Assembly: GCA_016432445.1 (NCBI GenBank)
Contig: CP066689.1
Coordinates: 330,001-362,000, forward strand
Length of the DNA: 32,000 nucleotides
Reading direction: 5' to 3'
From: Candidatus Saccharimonadota bacterium
GTDB taxonomy: Bacteria > Patescibacteriota > Microgenomatia > UBA1406 > GWC2-37-13
The notes beneath the pieces were generated by a model. It saw only the letters and a list, made by a program, of their open reading frames with translations, did no database searches and was not told the DNA's origin. The stretch's first letter is position 1; the number at the start of each line of letters is the position of its first letter. Position numbers and translations under genes: made by a program. Shown here piece by piece: positions 1 through 6,860 of this stretch.

Positions 1-895
1 TTTGGTTATAGGCATTGGTAATGTGTTTGTTTAGTACTGAAAAAGCTTCGTCTGTTTTTTCATAGTCTTTTTTTATTGCCTGAAGGATATTGAGAATTTC
101 TTTAGCTTGAGTCTGTATTCTTTGCCCTTCAAAAGACATTAGTATGGCTTTCATATAGGCATAAAAACTCATCGGGGAAACAGGGAGGATATGTTTGGAT
201 GAGGCAAATTCGTGAAGCTCGGGACTGCTGATTATTTCATAATATATAGATTCGGAGGGAATGTAAATTAGCGCATAATCAACTGTTCCCTCGGAAACCA
301 AAATATATTTTTTAGAAATATCCTGGATGTGTTTTTTAACATCGTTCTCAAACATTTTTCTAAATTTTGTTTTTTCTTCGGGATTGGTGGTTTCAAGCAG
401 TTTTTTAAAATTATCAATTGGGAATTTTGAGTCTATTGGAATTATTCCATGAGTGGTTTTTATGACAGCGTCAACCCTCTCTCCGTTTTTAAATGAATAT
501 TGCAAAACGTAAGAGTCAGGGGGAAAGTATTGGGCTAAAAGCTGTTTTAAGATTTGTTCACCGATATTGCCTCTCAATTTAGGTGAGGAAAGAAATTGCT
601 GCAGTTCCTGCATAGACCGGCCGATTTCTGAAAATTCTCCGATACTTTTTTGCACATGAGAGATAACCACAGCGGCATTATCCAGCCTAGTATTAAACAT
701 GTCCATGTTTTTGGAAAGTTTTTCATCAACAATCTGAGTTGAGGTTTCAACTCGTCTTCCCAGATCTTTTAGCCATTCTACCAAGTCGCCTGAAGTTTTC
801 ATGTTTTGTTCAAGCTTATTAAGCCAAAGACGCACGATAAGAAGAATAACAGCAATGATAAAGACAGAGATGATTATGAGAGTATAAAGTGACAC
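1..895 (-). CDS. rmuC: DNA recombination protein RmuC, partial (C-terminus lies beyond the left window edge)
   Basis: Not in the ORF track because it runs off the edge. My minus-strand translation from GTG at 895 (in-frame stop just upstream at 899-901) gives VSLYTLIIISVFIIAVILLIV (TM helix) ... KLRGNIGEQILKQLL ... DAVIKTTHGIIPIDSKFP ... YALIYIPSESIYYEI. These are RmuC-family hallmarks as I remember them. No stop down to position 1. Confidence 0.8.
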   Translation of the reverse strand, partial: MSLYTLIIISVFIIAVILLIVRLWLNKLEQNMKTSGDLVEWLKDLGRRVETSTQIVDEKLSKNMDMFNTRLDNAAVVISHVQKSIGEFSEIGRSMQELQQFLSSPKLRGNIGEQILKQLLAQYFPPDSYVLQYSFKNGERVDAVIKTTHGIIPIDSKFPIDNFKKLLETTNPEEKTKFRKMFENDVKKHIQDISKKYILVSEGTVDYALIYIPSESIYYEIISSPELHEFASSKHILPVSPMSFYAYMKAILMSFEGQRIQTQAKEILNILQAIKKDYEKTDEAFSVLNKHITNAYNQ

Positions 896-920
896 TGTTT
901 AAGTATATACTACGTTCGAA

Positions 921-1041
921 GTAAATCCAAATGTCAAAATCCAAATTACAAATCAAATTTAAAATCCTAATTTCAAACATTTATTCAACATTTCTCATTT
1001 GGACTTGGGATTTGATTTGACATTTGAGCTTTGTCATTTAG
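921..1041. repeat. Heptamer-periodic long palindrome, flavour 4 (CAAATNN arm / GNCNTTT arm)
   Basis: Left arm: caaatgt caaaatc caaatta caaatca. Right arm: gacattt gagcttt gtcattt. caaatgtcaaa pairs with tttgacatttg. Shares ggatttgatttg and tttgacatttg with the element at 20657-20750. Lies between the stop of the DHH-like gene and the rmuC start (both minus strand). Confidence 0.7.
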
Positions 1042-1046
1042 TTTTA

Positions 1047-2042
1047 TTATACTAGGCCTGTGCCGCGGAAGATTTTGGGTTTGAGCCAGTCTTGAGGAGA
1101 TTCTTTGGTTTCTTTTTGAGCTTCTTGTTCGACATCTTCTATTGGTTTGATTTGTTGATCAGGTTTCCATCCGAAAGATGGTTTACTTTGAGGTAAATTA
1201 GGTTTTTTTTGAGGATTTAAGGGCTGATCCGCTGGCCCATTCGGGTCTGAGCCCCTCATGGTCGAAGACTGGCGGAAAGGCTGATTTTGAACAGGATTTG
1301 GTTTTTTTATTTGTTTCTTTACAGCACCAAGTTTCAAAAGGGCAGCTGCGGCTTCAAAAGTATCGGCATTAACAGAATAAGATGTAAAACCGTTGGTTGC
1401 GATCACTAAACCTGAATAAAGGTTAGTTGACATATCTCTATCTATTTCACTACCGATATCTTTTAACAGTCGAAGTACAAGTTCTGATGTTGATGAACTG
1501 GTTTTATTAACTATATTGACAGTACCGTAAAAATCATTTACCAGATGACGGTCAATATTAATTATTGTTTTTCCTTGAAACTGAGCTTTATTTTCCTGAT
1601 AAACTTTTCCTAAACTGTTTAAATTTGGGGAATCAATAGTAATAATGAAGTCAAGAATGCCTCCTGTATACGAGTAGCTTACTTTAGTTGGATCAAGTTT
1701 TGGATTATCAGCGCGAGGTGAGATAATGAGGTTAAAAGTCTCTCCCTGAATATTGTAATCCACTTTGTCAATTGATCCTTCAACATAGGGAAATGAGATA
1801 ACAAGATTGTCCCCTGAGGTTATAATTTCCTGATGGATTTTATCTGCGGCAATAACATCACTTTTTGGGGTAACTTCGCAGGATAAAGATATGGTTTTTC
1901 CAAGCTTAGTTAAGGCTAAATATAAGGTGCAGGCGGCGGCTACGGCGTCTTGGGAAGGATTTACAGGTAAAACTATAGCGCCTGAGGTGCCTTTTTGGAT
2001 AATTTCATTAATATCTGATTGGTCGTGATTAGCTGAATTCAT
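1047..2042 (-). CDS. DHH-family (NrnA-like) phosphoesterase homolog with degenerate catalytic motifs and a Pro/Gln/Lys-rich C-terminal tail
   Basis: 331-aa ORF whose start lies 4 nt after the infB stop. NPSQDAVAAACTLYLAL occupies the place of the NPDGDAIGS motif, and NIDRHLVNDFYG the place of IDHH..N..FG. The tail from about residue 240 is low complexity. Confidence 0.6.
   Translation of the reverse strand: MNSANHDQSDINEIIQKGTSGAIVLPVNPSQDAVAAACTLYLALTKLGKTISLSCEVTPKSDVIAADKIHQEIITSGDNLVISFPYVEGSIDKVDYNIQGETFNLIISPRADNPKLDPTKVSYSYTGGILDFIITIDSPNLNSLGKVYQENKAQFQGKTIINIDRHLVNDFYGTVNIVNKTSSSTSELVLRLLKDIGSEIDRDMSTNLYSGLVIATNGFTSYSVNADTFEAAAALLKLGAVKKQIKKPNPVQNQPFRQSSTMRGSDPNGPADQPLNPQKKPNLPQSKPSFGWKPDQQIKPIEDVEQEAQKETKESPQDWLKPKIFRGTGLV
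1228..1276 (-). repeat. In-CDS copy of the 49-nt GC-rich repeat core also present at 26085-26133
   Basis: The reverse complement of 1228-1276 (tccgccagtcttcgaccatgaggggctcagacccgaatgggccagcgga) matches the plus strand of 26085-26133 at 46 of 49 positions by hand alignment. It is read in frame as FRQSSTMRGSDPNGPAD. Confidence 0.8.
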
Positions 2043-2046
2043 ATTA

Positions 2047-3501
2047 CTATAAGATAGATTGTATCATATCACCTACTTTAATGTCAAGGGGAGGATTAAA
2101 TATCATGCCTGCTTCCTGATCTTTTTTTATTTCTGTTACTGCTTTAGCTCTATGTTTAAGAGAGATTAGTTTGGTTTTTCCTATTAAAGAACCGCTTCTT
2201 AACACTTCAATATTGTCTTCGAGGTTTATTTTTCCTTTAGTTATTTTAACGCCGTATATCTTTTCTCCTTCAATGATAAAAGTAGCGATGTTTTTTGCTT
2301 CTCCTTTTAAAATACGTTCCTTCACTTCTTTTTCTTTAAGAAGATCAGCCACTTCTCCGAGTTCTTCCAGTAATTCGTAAATGATACTATAGGTTTTAAT
2401 GATTATTTTTTCCTGTTTAGCTAACTCTTTTATTTCATTATTTACTTCAGCATTAAAGCCTACAATTATTGATTTAGTTGTTTTGGCTAAAAAAACATCT
2501 GAACGGTGGATATTTCCTATAGCGCTAAGAATAATGTTTATATTTTCATTCTTGCCTAAGGTATTAATTATAGCCTCAAGCGATCCTTGAGACTCAGTTT
2601 TAAGAATAATAGAGATTTTTTCCTCTTTTTCTTTCTCAGGACGAAGCAGTTCAGCCATATTAAGAGTTTCTATAACTTCCGGTTTTTTAATTTCTTCTGC
2701 TTGAGGTTGAGTAGAAATCGTACTGATCTCTGATCCAACGTCAGGCATTTCTGGAAGTCCTAAAAATTCAAAAGGCATAGAAGGAATAACTTCATTTATT
2801 GTTTTTCCTAAATCATTTATCAAAGATCTTATTTTAGTTTTTTTATCATAAATGTAAATGTCCTGGCCTACTTTAAGGGTGCCGTTTTTAATAATAGAGC
2901 TGGCGGCAATACCACGTTTATCTTTTTTCGTTTCAATAATGTAAGCTTCAGCTGCAGCTGTAGGATCATATTGAAGGTTTAGGTCTGAGGCTACAAATAG
3001 AATTGTTTCCAGAAGCTCATCAACTCCTTTTCCGGTTTTGGCGGAGATCTCAACAGCCGGTACTTTTCCACCTTTATCTTCAGTGATAATCTCATACTTC
3101 ATTAAATCATTTTTCACCCGATTGGGATTAGCTTCAGGCAGATCAACTTTGTTAAGCGCTACAATGAAAGGAATCTGGGCATTCTTAATGTGAGATATAG
3201 ACTCTACAGTTTGAGGCATGATAGAGTCTTTGGCGTCGATAATAAGAATGGCAATATCGGCTACGTTGGCGCCTCTGGCTCTAAGTTGGGAGAAGGCTTC
3301 GTGTCCTGGAGTATCTATAAAAGTAATTTTATTGGTTGTGTAGCCTTTAATAGGTAAAGAAATTTCATAAGCTCCTATTTTTTGGGTTATACCTCCATGT
3401 TCTTTCTGGGCAATACGGCTTTTGCGTATATAGTCTAACAATGTGGTTTTTCCATGATCAACATGACCTAAGATAGTAACGACCGGTGGTCTTGGTTTCA
3501 T
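2047..3501 (-). CDS. infB: Translation initiation factor IF-2, short form lacking the N-terminal region
   Basis: 484 aa. Starts MKPRPPVVTILGHVDHGKTTLLD (G1), followed by DTPGHEAF and NKVD GTPase motifs. Located directly downstream of nusA. Confidence 0.95.
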   Translation of the reverse strand: MKPRPPVVTILGHVDHGKTTLLDYIRKSRIAQKEHGGITQKIGAYEISLPIKGYTTNKITFIDTPGHEAFSQLRARGANVADIAILIIDAKDSIMPQTVESISHIKNAQIPFIVALNKVDLPEANPNRVKNDLMKYEIITEDKGGKVPAVEISAKTGKGVDELLETILFVASDLNLQYDPTAAAEAYIIETKKDKRGIAASSIIKNGTLKVGQDIYIYDKKTKIRSLINDLGKTINEVIPSMPFEFLGLPEMPDVGSEISTISTQPQAEEIKKPEVIETLNMAELLRPEKEKEEKISIILKTESQGSLEAIINTLGKNENINIILSAIGNIHRSDVFLAKTTKSIIVGFNAEVNNEIKELAKQEKIIIKTYSIIYELLEELGEVADLLKEKEVKERILKGEAKNIATFIIEGEKIYGVKITKGKINLEDNIEVLRSGSLIGKTKLISLKHRAKAVTEIKKDQEAGMIFNPPLDIKVGDMIQSIL

Positions 3502-3512
3502 AAATGAGAAAT

Positions 3513-3575
3513 GTTATGAGTGATGGGTTGTGGGTGATGGGCCCAAAACTCAGAACTCATAACCCATAACCATAA
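3513..3575. repeat. Heptamer-periodic long palindrome, flavour 1 (GTKRTGG arm / CYCATAA arm)
   Basis: Left arm: gttatga gtgatgg gttgtgg gtgatgg. Right arm: cccaaaa ctcagaa ctcataa cccataa. Centred on GGG|CCC at 3541/3542. About 22 of 29 positions pair, including G-T pairs. Fills the nusA-infB intergenic gap. Confidence 0.7.
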
Positions 3576-3582
3576 TTAATAA

Positions 3583-4581
3583 TTACTTATTTTCAGCTTC
3601 TGTTTGTGTGTTTGCTGTTGGGGTTGGTTCTTTTTGGGTCGCGGTTTGGACAATATCAATCTCAAAGCCGGTAAGTCTGGCCGCAAGATTGACATTAACG
3701 CCGTTTTTTCCTATGGCCAAGGGAGTTTGTGTTTCATCAACAGTTACTTTAGCTTTTTTATCCTGAATGGCAACGTCAATGATTTTTGCCGGAGACAAAG
3801 CTGAGATTAAGAAAATTTTTGGGTCACTGTTCCACTGAATAATATCAATTTTTTCGCTTCCTCCAAGTTCATCTGTTACAGTTTGAACTCTAACTCCTTT
3901 TTGGCCGACACAGGCTCCAACAGGGTCAACACCATTTTGACTGCTAAAGACTGCGATTTTAGCTCTTTCTCCTGGTTCCCTGACAATTTCTTTTATTTCT
4001 ACTGTTCCGTTACTTATCTCAGGTACTTCTCGTTTGAAAAGTTCGGCAATAAGCTGAGGGGCAGATCGTGAAACAATAATTCTTGAGTAGCCATGGTTAT
4101 CTTCTGAGATTTCTTTCAAAAGGAAAATAAGAGAAGTATTAACAGCATACTTCTCATTTCTCATCTGTTCCTCCCGGGGCAAGACAGCTTCGGTTTTACC
4201 GATATCAACGTATGCATTGTGGCCGTCATAACGTATGATTCTGCCTCTTATTAAAGCTCCAATCTGAGCTTTATAATGGGAGATAACAGTTTTCTTTTCA
4301 GCTTCGCGGATTTTTTGTAAAACAACCTGGCGGGCAGTTTGAGCGGCAATACGTCCAAATCCAGGAGGAGTAATGTCTTTGCTGTCTTTAAGAATTTTGG
4401 TTTCTCCTGTTTCGCGGTTAAGACGTACGGTTATAGTTTCTTCATAAAGATCAGGATATTCTTTTTTAAAAGCAGCTAAAACTGCAGCTTCAATTGATTG
4501 GAGAACTTCATCAGCAGAGATACCGCGTTCTGTGGCCACTTGATTTAAGGCCAAAGCAAACTCACTTTTAATGATACTCAT
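3583..4581 (-). CDS. nusA: Transcription termination/antitermination factor NusA
   Basis: 332 aa. N-terminal domain, S1-like region (GRIIRYDGHNAYVDIG) and KH repeats (GVDPVGACVGQKGVRVQ, AIGKNGVNVNLAARLTG). Classical nusA-infB order. Confidence 0.95.
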   Translation of the reverse strand: MSIIKSEFALALNQVATERGISADEVLQSIEAAVLAAFKKEYPDLYEETITVRLNRETGETKILKDSKDITPPGFGRIAAQTARQVVLQKIREAEKKTVISHYKAQIGALIRGRIIRYDGHNAYVDIGKTEAVLPREEQMRNEKYAVNTSLIFLLKEISEDNHGYSRIIVSRSAPQLIAELFKREVPEISNGTVEIKEIVREPGERAKIAVFSSQNGVDPVGACVGQKGVRVQTVTDELGGSEKIDIIQWNSDPKIFLISALSPAKIIDVAIQDKKAKVTVDETQTPLAIGKNGVNVNLAARLTGFEIDIVQTATQKEPTPTANTQTEAENK

Positions 4582-4587
4582 GTGATA

Positions 4588-4596
4588 ATTCTATCA
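4588..4596 (-). promoter_or_regulatory. Extended -10 (TGaTAGAAT) placed 6 nt before the nusA ATG; candidate leaderless promoter
   Basis: The minus strand reads tgTGaTAGAATtatcacATG. No SD is visible. The box lies inside the palindrome tgtgata-attc-tatcaca (4582-4599). Confidence 0.45.
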
Positions 4597-4633
4597 CAAA
4601 AGAGGCGGATTTCCACAGGAGAAAGTCGTTAAT

Positions 4634-4729
4634 GGTTATGGGTTGTGAGTTGTGGGTTTTGAGTGTTAATCACTGAATACTAAAAAGTTTGTTTATTGGG
4701 TTCCTAACCCAGAACCCATAACTCATAAC
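4634..4729. repeat. Heptamer-periodic long palindrome, flavour 1
   Basis: Left arm: ggttatg ggttgtg agttgtg ggttttg. Right arm: cctaacc cagaacc cataact cataac. Loop is about 32 nt. Located upstream of nusA and downstream of the 219-aa island gene. Confidence 0.7.
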
Positions 4730-4795
4730 TTTTAGTTTTCATGGATCAACACCTCACTTCTTTAAAAATCACTTTATACGTCCCTTACGGAACGC

Positions 4796-4816
4796 TCCCA
4801 CGACTAAAGTCGGGGG
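4796..4816 (+). repeat. Hairpin with bulged A: TCCC-A-CGAC-taaa-GTCG-GGGG
   Basis: Same architecture as 5916-5937 (CGTTC-A-CGAC-tac-GTCG-GAACG), with a different but still complementary outer helix. Nested inside a larger stem, CCTCACTT (4752-4759) / AAGTGAGG (4833-4840). Confidence 0.5.
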
Positions 4817-4862
4817 AAAGTAATTCTCATCAAAGTGAGGGTCGACTGCACGATGTTGGCGG

Positions 4863-5522
4863 TTAATTGCTTAGACTCGATGTTTTGCAATACTCCTCTG
4901 CTGCGTTAGCATCAAATGCGTTGAAAGAGAAATCATAGGGCGTGTACCTCTTGCAAAGGTACCTGCCGTTGGTCAATTGACTGTAGGTGAGTTCCCATAG
5001 ACGGTTCGCGTCTATGAACAACGCCCCTGCCTGGGGGTATATCTCCTGAAAAATTGTTTTTCCGGTTTGTCCATCTACTATCTCAAAGATCCGGTTGGGG
5101 TTAGTGTCCGGCTTGTAATCTAGGGGGTAATAGAGGATCTCATAGTCTACGAACCCGTCATTATTCAGGTCAGTAGCCCGCGAGGCGAGGGAACGCAACG
5201 AAAGTTCTCCCCAAGCGGTTTTGCGATAACCACTGGGGATCATTACCACTTGGTCGCCGATTGCCCGGTAGCGCGGATCGACGATCCATCCGAGAGGGTT
5301 TAAAAACCCTATCTCAAACCTAGGGATGGTAACACGAGGTGTTGTCGCCTGAGGTACCGGTGTCGCTGTCGCTGGTACTGATGGTACTGAGTTGTTGGTG
5401 GTGGATTTGCCTCCGGAGATCGAGATTCCAAAGACATTTCCCAGTGAGTACGCCCCCGCCCCAAGTAGGATTATTATCGCCAACAACACCGCCTCTAGAG
5501 CGCCAGATTGTCGCCGTTTCAT
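4863..5522 (-). CDS. Hypothetical membrane-anchored/secreted protein (N-terminal TM helix, Thr/Pro linker, one DxNxDGxxD calcium-loop-like motif)
   Basis: 219-aa ORF preceded by AAGGAG 10 nt upstream of the ATG. Features: MKRRQSGALEAVLLAIIILLGAGAY, a PSVPATATPVPQATTP linker and DLNNDGFVD. G+C is clearly higher than in neighbouring genes. Confidence 0.6.
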   Translation of the reverse strand: MKRRQSGALEAVLLAIIILLGAGAYSLGNVFGISISGGKSTTNNSVPSVPATATPVPQATTPRVTIPRFEIGFLNPLGWIVDPRYRAIGDQVVMIPSGYRKTAWGELSLRSLASRATDLNNDGFVDYEILYYPLDYKPDTNPNRIFEIVDGQTGKTIFQEIYPQAGALFIDANRLWELTYSQLTNGRYLCKRYTPYDFSFNAFDANAAEEYCKTSSLSN

Positions 5523-5575
5523 TTGTGGTTTTCTCCTTTTACTAAAATGGGTTGATTCTTTGGGACAAGATTAGT

Positions 5576-5639
5576 CGGCTCATGGATCGTGGCAATGTCA
5601 GACACAGTTTCCCAATCTGCGTGTTGCTTCCCACGGCCG
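5576..5639 (-). other. Three-tier hairpin in the intergenic region between the two island-1 ORFs
   Basis: Plus-strand pairs: CGGC (5576-5579)/GCCG (5636-5639), CGTGG (5588-5592)/CCACG (5631-5635) and ACACAG (5602-5607)/CTGCGT (5617-5622). The third tier has a G-U pair only in the minus-strand (coding-sense) RNA and an A-C mismatch in the other sense. Confidence 0.4.
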
Positions 5640-5660
5640 AGATTCAGTTGTTGGAAAAAA

Positions 5661-5828
5661 CTAAAGTTTTGTAACTTTAGCCTCCTTCCCTTCGGGGAAG
5701 ACTTCGATTATCAAGGTTGGCTTGCCCTCCACTAGAACAGATATGGTTATGGCCGTTCCTTGAGGGAAACTTCTATTGAAAGAAGCTTCCTTTCCTCCTT
5801 CGTAAACCGCTTTTGTCTCAATGTCCAT
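5661..5828 (-). CDS. Small hypothetical protein (55 aa), below the ORF-track length cutoff
   Basis: My translation is MDIETKAVYEGGKEASFNRSFPQGTAITISVLVEGKPTLIIEVFPEGKEAKVTKL. Preceded by aaaGGAGaagaagATG. Same strand and elevated G+C as the 219-aa ORF. Contains a perfect CTTCCC-ttcg-GGGAAG hairpin at 5686-5701. Confidence 0.45.
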   Translation of the reverse strand: MDIETKAVYEGGKEASFNRSFPQGTAITISVLVEGKPTLIIEVFPEGKEAKVTKL

Positions 5829-5844
5829 CTTCTTCTCCTTTTTT

Positions 5845-5901
5845 GTTTTTTTGGGACCGCACTAAGGAAAATAATTTTTCCCTAAAGTGATCCCAAAAAA
5901 A
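5845..5901. other. Long imperfect hairpin directly upstream of the 55-aa ORF's ribosome-binding site
   Basis: tttttttgggaccgcactaaggaaaa-taa-tttttccctaaagtgatcccaaaaaaa. The T-run and A-run extend the stem, and there are several internal mismatches. Confidence 0.4.
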
Positions 5902-5915
5902 TTTAAATGCCACTT

Positions 5916-5937
5916 CGTTCACGACTACGTCGGAACG
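5916..5937 (+). repeat. Hairpin with bulged A: CGTTC-A-CGAC-tac-GTCG-GAACG
   Basis: 9 bp plus one bulged A. Partner of 4796-4816. The two copies bracket the higher-G+C segment. Confidence 0.5.
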
Positions 5938-5990
5938 ACGTTAGGCATAAACCGCCTTTTTGTTAAGGTGCAGTCGGTTAAGACTATAAA

Positions 5991-6032
5991 TTTTCCCATG
6001 ATAGATGGAAGCTTTACCATCTTTAGGGAAAA
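5991..6032 (-). terminator. Hairpin TTTTCCC..AGATGG-aagcttta-CCATCT..GGGAAAA; candidate terminator downstream of rplY
   Basis: Two-tier stem of 7 + 6 bp. In the minus sense it is followed by tttatag. About 110 nt downstream of the rplY stop. Confidence 0.35.
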
Positions 6033-6078
6033 TTCTTCAACCTATAGTATAGCATAGAAATGGAGTTTTTTCAATAAA

Positions 6079-6130
6079 GAGATCCTTCGACGGAGCTTAC
6101 ACTGAGCTTGTCGAATGTGCTCAGGATGAC
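6079..6130 (+). repeat. GAGAT...ATGAC nested-hairpin repeat, copy R1 (closing helix ATCCT/AGGAT)
   Basis: GAGATCCTTCGAC ... GCTCAGGATGAC. Preceded at 6060-6075 by ATGGAGTTTTTTCAAT, a motif that follows copy R2. Lies 13 nt beyond the rplY stop. Confidence 0.7.
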
Positions 6131-6142
6131 AATGAGGAGTAA

Positions 6143-6859
6143 TTACTCTTTCTTTTCTTCCTTACTAGCCGGCGCTTTAGCGGAGGCGGGAGCTGGGGCT
6201 TCTTCGCCTTCAGCTGTTCCTTCTTCAGCTTTTTCGGCTTCACCAATTACTTCAGGAGCTACAGTTGCGGTTTCTGGAGTAACGCTTTCTTCCTTATGAG
6301 CAATGACTGAGACAATAACTGCTTCCGGTTCTTCCTTGATAGTATATTGAGCGGATTTTACAAGGTCAGCCACCTTAATTTCCTGTCCAATTTCTTTAAT
6401 TTGACTGATATCAACAGCAATATGTTGAGGAATATCTTGAGGTAAGGCTTCAACAATTAGATGATCATGTTGTTTAAGAAGTACGCCACCCAGTTGGTTA
6501 ACGGCGATTGATTCACCAATAATCTCAATTGGTACTGTGGTTTCAATTTTTTGCTTTAAATCAATCTTCCTGAAATCAACATGAAGAATGTCGTGATTTA
6601 CCGGGTGTCTTTGCACACCTTTAATGAGAGTAGGAATGCTTTCTTTATCTACATTGATATAAACAATTCCTGTTTCGTGAGCTACTTTGTAGGCGCTTAA
6701 GAAATCTTTATGGTTGACGCTTATAGATAAAGAATTAAAAGCCGGGCCGAAAACATTGGCTGGGATTACTCCTGTTTTTCGAAGCTGTTTAACTTTTTTC
6801 CCAGTGACAGTTCTTTTTTGTGCTTCCAGTAAAGTTTTAGTTTGTGAATTTTTTTTCAT
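6143..6859 (-). CDS. rplY: 50S ribosomal protein L25 (Ctc form) with an acidic/Ala-rich C-terminal extension
   Basis: 238 aa. GKKVKQLRKTGVIPANVFG and QRHPVNHDILHVDF are typical L25/Ctc sequence. The tail is EAEKAEEGTAEGEEAPAPASAKAPASKEEKKE. Confidence 0.9.
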   Translation of the reverse strand: MKKNSQTKTLLEAQKRTVTGKKVKQLRKTGVIPANVFGPAFNSLSISVNHKDFLSAYKVAHETGIVYINVDKESIPTLIKGVQRHPVNHDILHVDFRKIDLKQKIETTVPIEIIGESIAVNQLGGVLLKQHDHLIVEALPQDIPQHIAVDISQIKEIGQEIKVADLVKSAQYTIKEEPEAVIVSVIAHKEESVTPETATVAPEVIGEAEKAEEGTAEGEEAPAPASAKAPASKEEKKE

Positions 6860-6860
6860 A

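Noticed and set aside
2171-2590. Track ORFs 2171-2380 and 2399-2590 (+). Similar short ORFs antisense to infB, nusA, secD, dnaK, grpE, dnaJ, radA, argS and others: 3604-3804, 3883-4071, 13098-13328, 15093-15314, 20448-20673, 20801-20995, 22162-22377, 23394-23576, 24200-24412, 26739-27046, 28360-28545, 29909-30139, 31599-31793.
   Set aside because: Each lies entirely within, and antisense to, a well-supported conserved gene. They have low-complexity or Ser/Leu/Phe-rich translations typical of the opposite strand of AT-rich coding DNA, and no start-site signals.
4741-4866. 41-codon + strand ORF (MDQHLTSLKITLYVPYGTLPRLKSGESNSHQSEGRLHDVGG), and a TTGATGAG string on the minus strand reminiscent of a hammerhead core
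   Set aside because: The ORF has no SD or -10 context and coincides with nested hairpins, so it is more likely structural RNA or DNA. The hammerhead resemblance lacks the CUGA box, the GAAA element and helix geometry.
5339-5574. Two + strand ORFs (5339-5545 and 5392-5574) antisense to the 219-aa cassette gene
   Set aside because: They are open only because the region is GC-rich. They have no SD, whereas the minus-strand ORF has AAGGAG and a sensible TM/linker/domain layout.
5940-5946. GTTAGGC matches the integron attC core site GTTRRRY, raising the idea that the higher-G+C cassettes are integron gene cassettes
   Set aside because: No inverse core (RYYYAAC) lies at an appropriate distance on either strand. 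No integrase is present. The 7-mer pattern is expected by chance dozens of times in 32 kb.
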